Positions 60,665 to 64,000 of a DNA stretch of 64,000 nt are shown here, in pieces. Source of the stretch: Eledone cirrhosa (taxonomy: Eukaryota); NCBI GenBank assembly GCA_964016885.1, contig OZ024748.1, positions 8,866,001 to 8,930,000 of the forward strand. Direction: 5' to 3'. Below the pieces are notes generated by a model. That model did not search any database. It was not told where the DNA came from and saw only the letters and a list, made by a program, of their open reading frames with translations. The position numbers were made by a program, and so were the translations under genes. Each line of letters opens with the position of its first letter. Within the stretch, counting starts at the first letter, position 1.

Positions 60665-60975
60665 TGTGCTTTCATCAGACAAAATATAATATGTATCAGT
60701 TTTATAAATAAATATTGACATACCCTTAAAAAATGCAACCATTACTGTTGGAAAATGCAACCATTACTGTTGAAAGCTTCCGGATAGTAATGGTTGCATT
60801 TCCCAACAGTAATGGTTGCATTTTTTAAGGGTATGTCAACATTTATTTATAAAACTGATCTTTATTATATTTTGTCTGATGAAAGCACACCATAATTTAA
60901 CTTGGTGTCCTTGAAATATGTATAATGAAATAAATATGGTTTTATAAATATAGTTTCCTTTGTTAATATCGTATG
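60665..60975 (+). mobile_element. Hammerhead-containing short element with ~105-bp 5' inverted duplication (60665-60769 / 60785-60889)
   Basis: Right part nearly identical to 20687-20845; flanked by (TA)n. Confidence 0.85.
60869..60931 (+). ncRNA. Type I hammerhead ribozyme motif
   Basis: AUUUUGU-CUGAUGA-AAGCACACCA..UGGUGUCCUU-GAAA-UAUGUA-UA-AUGAAAU; the A>G change vs 20737 keeps stem I as G-U. Confidence 0.78.
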
Positions 60976-61058
60976 TTTACTCCAAATACTTGTTGAGTTC
61001 TTTATATCAGTTATAAAAATATTTGCTTGTTGTATCCCAACAATTTAAATAGAACTTT

Positions 61059-61099
<41 letters not shown>

Positions 61100-61459
61100 A
61101 CATATATATGTATTTATATATGTATATATATATATATATGTGTGTGTGTATATATATATATATGTATATATATATGTATATATATATATATGTATATATG
61201 TATATATATATATATATGTGTGTGTATATATATACATGTGTGTATATATATATATATATATGTGAGTGTGTGTGTGTGTATATATTTGTGTGTGTGTGTA
61301 TGTATGTGTATATATATGTTTGTGTGTATATGTATATATATGTGTGTATGTATATATATCTATATATGTATATATATATATGTGTGTGTGTATGTATATA
61401 TATCTATATATGTATATATATGTATATATATATATATAATCTCCATATATATATAATCT

Positions 61460-61492
<33 letters not shown>

Positions 61493-61608
61493 CTCCATAT
61501 ATATATATATATATATAATCTCCATATATATATATATATATATATATAATCTCCATATATATATATATATATATAATCTCCATATATATATATATATATA
61601 TATAATCT

Positions 61609-61662
<54 letters not shown>

Positions 61663-62235
61663 GACCACACACCCACTACTCCACACACTTCCATACACCA
61701 CCACCACCGTTTATCACTTCTAACATCACCCATAACAACCACAACATCACTCAACAAAAACAACTCAACCTTTATTACTACTAATCAGTATTATCATCAT
61801 CATCATCGTCATTATCATTAACATTATCACCTTTTCTCATTATATCCACCATGTTTATATTTTCTCTATTGTCGATATAAGTCATACGTAAGGCGAGATA
61901 ACCCCCCCCTCCAGTTCACCTTAACTGCTGCTCCGCCTTCATTTATCAAAGCCACCATTTTGAATCTAATTCTCACACATATTCTTAACAACTTGACATT
62001 AAGAAAGGAATCTTGAAAATTGTTACCATTAATTCAAAAATCATCTTATCTACGCGCCATTGGTTTCCTTTCAACAACAGTTCTGTTCTATTAAATGACA
62101 GTAGAGGATATTTTCAGAGCTTCTCCACACTTATAGAAGAAGGAATGGAATGTAATGGTCATCCATCGGTTTCGACGATGTGTGTTCGAATTGTTCGATC
62201 AGCGGATCAGCGACTCATGAAATTAAATTGTAAAT

Positions 62236-62466
62236 GGCTGAGTATTCCATAGGCATGTGTACTCTTAATATAGTTCTTAAAGAGACTCAACTTGACACTG
62301 TGTAAATAAACTAGACTGGCCTTTTGAATTGCAGACACAATTAATTCGATGGGCTTACAGTCAGCTTCCGTCTACCAAATTTCACACATAATGGATGAGC
62401 CAGCCTGAGGCTATAGTAAATGATACTTGCCCAAGATGTCATGCAGTGGGATCGAACCTGGGACCT
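62236..62466 (-). mobile_element. Two SINE fragments, one CORE-like
   Basis: Minus strand GGTTCGATCCC B-box + CTTGGGCAAGT motif (62350-62466); 62236-62340 matches 63175-63275 in reverse. Confidence 0.7.
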
Positions 62467-63064
62467 GTGCTGCGTCTACATTTATAGATACCAAACAATA
62501 AATAACTGAGTAATGCGCTAAACTTTATTTTGTTGTACAAATTGTCCTCCTTCATTATATGCTCTGTCATAAAAAGAACGACGATAGTTGTGGGTTATAT
62601 ATTTCGGTCTCACTATCTATCAATCTATGTATGTCTCTCCTTTCTCCCCCCCCCCCTTCACCTCGGTATCAATAAATCTGTACTTTCTCTTTAATGACGC
62701 TATGGTATTAAATAAATATATCGGACATTTAAATGTTGACTAGATTCACCGGAAATCATTAGAATTTTATATCCAACACATTGATTGTTCGTCTATTGTC
62801 TGAAAATACAGATTGAATTGCTTAGGGCTGCAAACAGCCATCATAATCTGTGACCATCATTATTGTTGTTGATGTTATTGTTGGTGTTGGTGGTGTTGAT
62901 GTTATTGGTGGTGTTGTTGGTGTTGTTGTTATAAGAAAAACAACAGACAACGTGAAAAACATCCAGCGGTCTCTCAACAAAGCTCTCTCTCTCTCTCTCT
63001 CTTTGTATCTCCGTTTTCCAGCCCTAACCCGACCTTCTGTTTATATTAGAAATAATTATTATTG

Positions 63065-63360
63065 AGGGTGGCGTATTGGCAGAGTCGTTAAAGCATAGGC
63101 GGTGTGTTGTGTTCTTGAGCAAGACACTTTATTTCACCTTGCTCCAGTCCACTTAGCTGGCAAAAATGAGTTGTACCTGTAATTCGAAGGGCCAGCCTTG
63201 TGAACATTCTGTGTCACGCTGAATCTCCCTGAGAACTACGTTAAAGATTCACGTGTTTGTGGAGTACTCAGCCACTCGCACGTTAATTTCCCGAACGGGC
63301 TGTTTTGTTGATCGTATCAACAGGAATACTCGTCGCCGTAACCGACGGAGAACCACTACT
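63065..63360 (+). mobile_element. SINE (second family) with truncated tRNA head
   Basis: TGGCAGAGTCGTTAAAGC head, then GTGTTCTTGAGCAAGACACTTTATTTCACCTTGCTCCAGTCCACTTAGCTGG...CGTCGCCGTAACCGACGG. Confidence 0.78.
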
Positions 63361-63430
63361 CTTATACAATATGTAAATGTTAATATGTTTTGTGACAAAT
63401 CTGTATAACGTTTCTTGTATTATATGTTAT

Positions 63431-63598
63431 AAGGGCGGTGAATTGGCAGTATCAGTAGAGGGTTGGTCACCCTTTACAGTCTGAGTTCAAATCCCGCCGA
63501 GGTTAACTTTGCCTTTCATCCTTACGGGGTCGATAAAATAAAGTACCAGTAATGCACTGGGTAATTGCTGGCCTTGTGCCAAAAGTAGAAACAATTAT
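63431..63598 (+). mobile_element. tRNA-derived SINE
   Basis: GGCGGTGAATTGGCAG head, GAGTTCAAATCCCGCC B-box, tail as in other copies. Confidence 0.88.
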
Positions 63599-64000
63599 AT
63601 GTTATAAGGTTGTGGTCAGTATAGAAAAGATTGTTACTGTTGTTGAAGCTCTTTCTGTATCTTATTAGACACTGAACATATAATGATATCGTCATAATTG
63701 TTAGAGAGTTGCTGTCTCTGTCATACTGTCTATTAAGAATACAACTGATTCTGTTATATTGATATGATTGGAGCCGACCAACCTGACACTATATGATTAT
63801 TGGAGCACTACAATAAAAGGATCGGAGCTCTAAAAGTAATGAACACTTTTAAAGTTCATCGAGAGTTCAGAGAAGAATAGATTGGATCAGTCAACTTCTC
63901 AACAAAACACAGAGAATGAAACCAAAGTAGGTAATATTCGGTTACAATGACACAGAAATCAAAACTAGAAACAAAAATATATACAACAAAAAATAACAAA

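Noticed and set aside
63431-63500. tRNA genes at A/B-box motifs
   Set aside because: No cloverleaf; the boxes continue into shared SINE bodies

Overview
AT-rich, microsatellite-dominated animal genomic DNA. The SINE families and repeat landscape resemble an Octopus-type cephalopod genome (inference from recalled repeat sequences). No host protein-coding gene can be supported, and nearly all long ORFs are translations of (TA)n/(TG)n/(ACC)n repeats. Supported content: (1) a 5'-truncated Penelope-like retroelement (RT end + GIY-YIG endonuclease, 389-aa open frame) bracketed by ~750-bp inverted pseudo-LTRs; (2) about 12 minimal type-I hammerhead ribozyme motifs read by eye, 11 of them within 20.5-32.6 kb, several inside short fold-back palindromes embedded in (TA)n with one ribozyme per strand; (3) a probable non-autonomous Helentron (13961-17580) carrying a 2A/StopGo-like ORF, internal minisatellites and a ~175-bp inverted-repeat cassette around a PHD-finger LINE ORF1 fragment; (4) 3' fragments of CR1-like and RTE/RTE-X LINEs sitting in (TA)n; (5) many tRNA-derived SINEs, a 78-bp mariner-type MITE and several minisatellites. 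All structures were read manually; no folding or database search was run.
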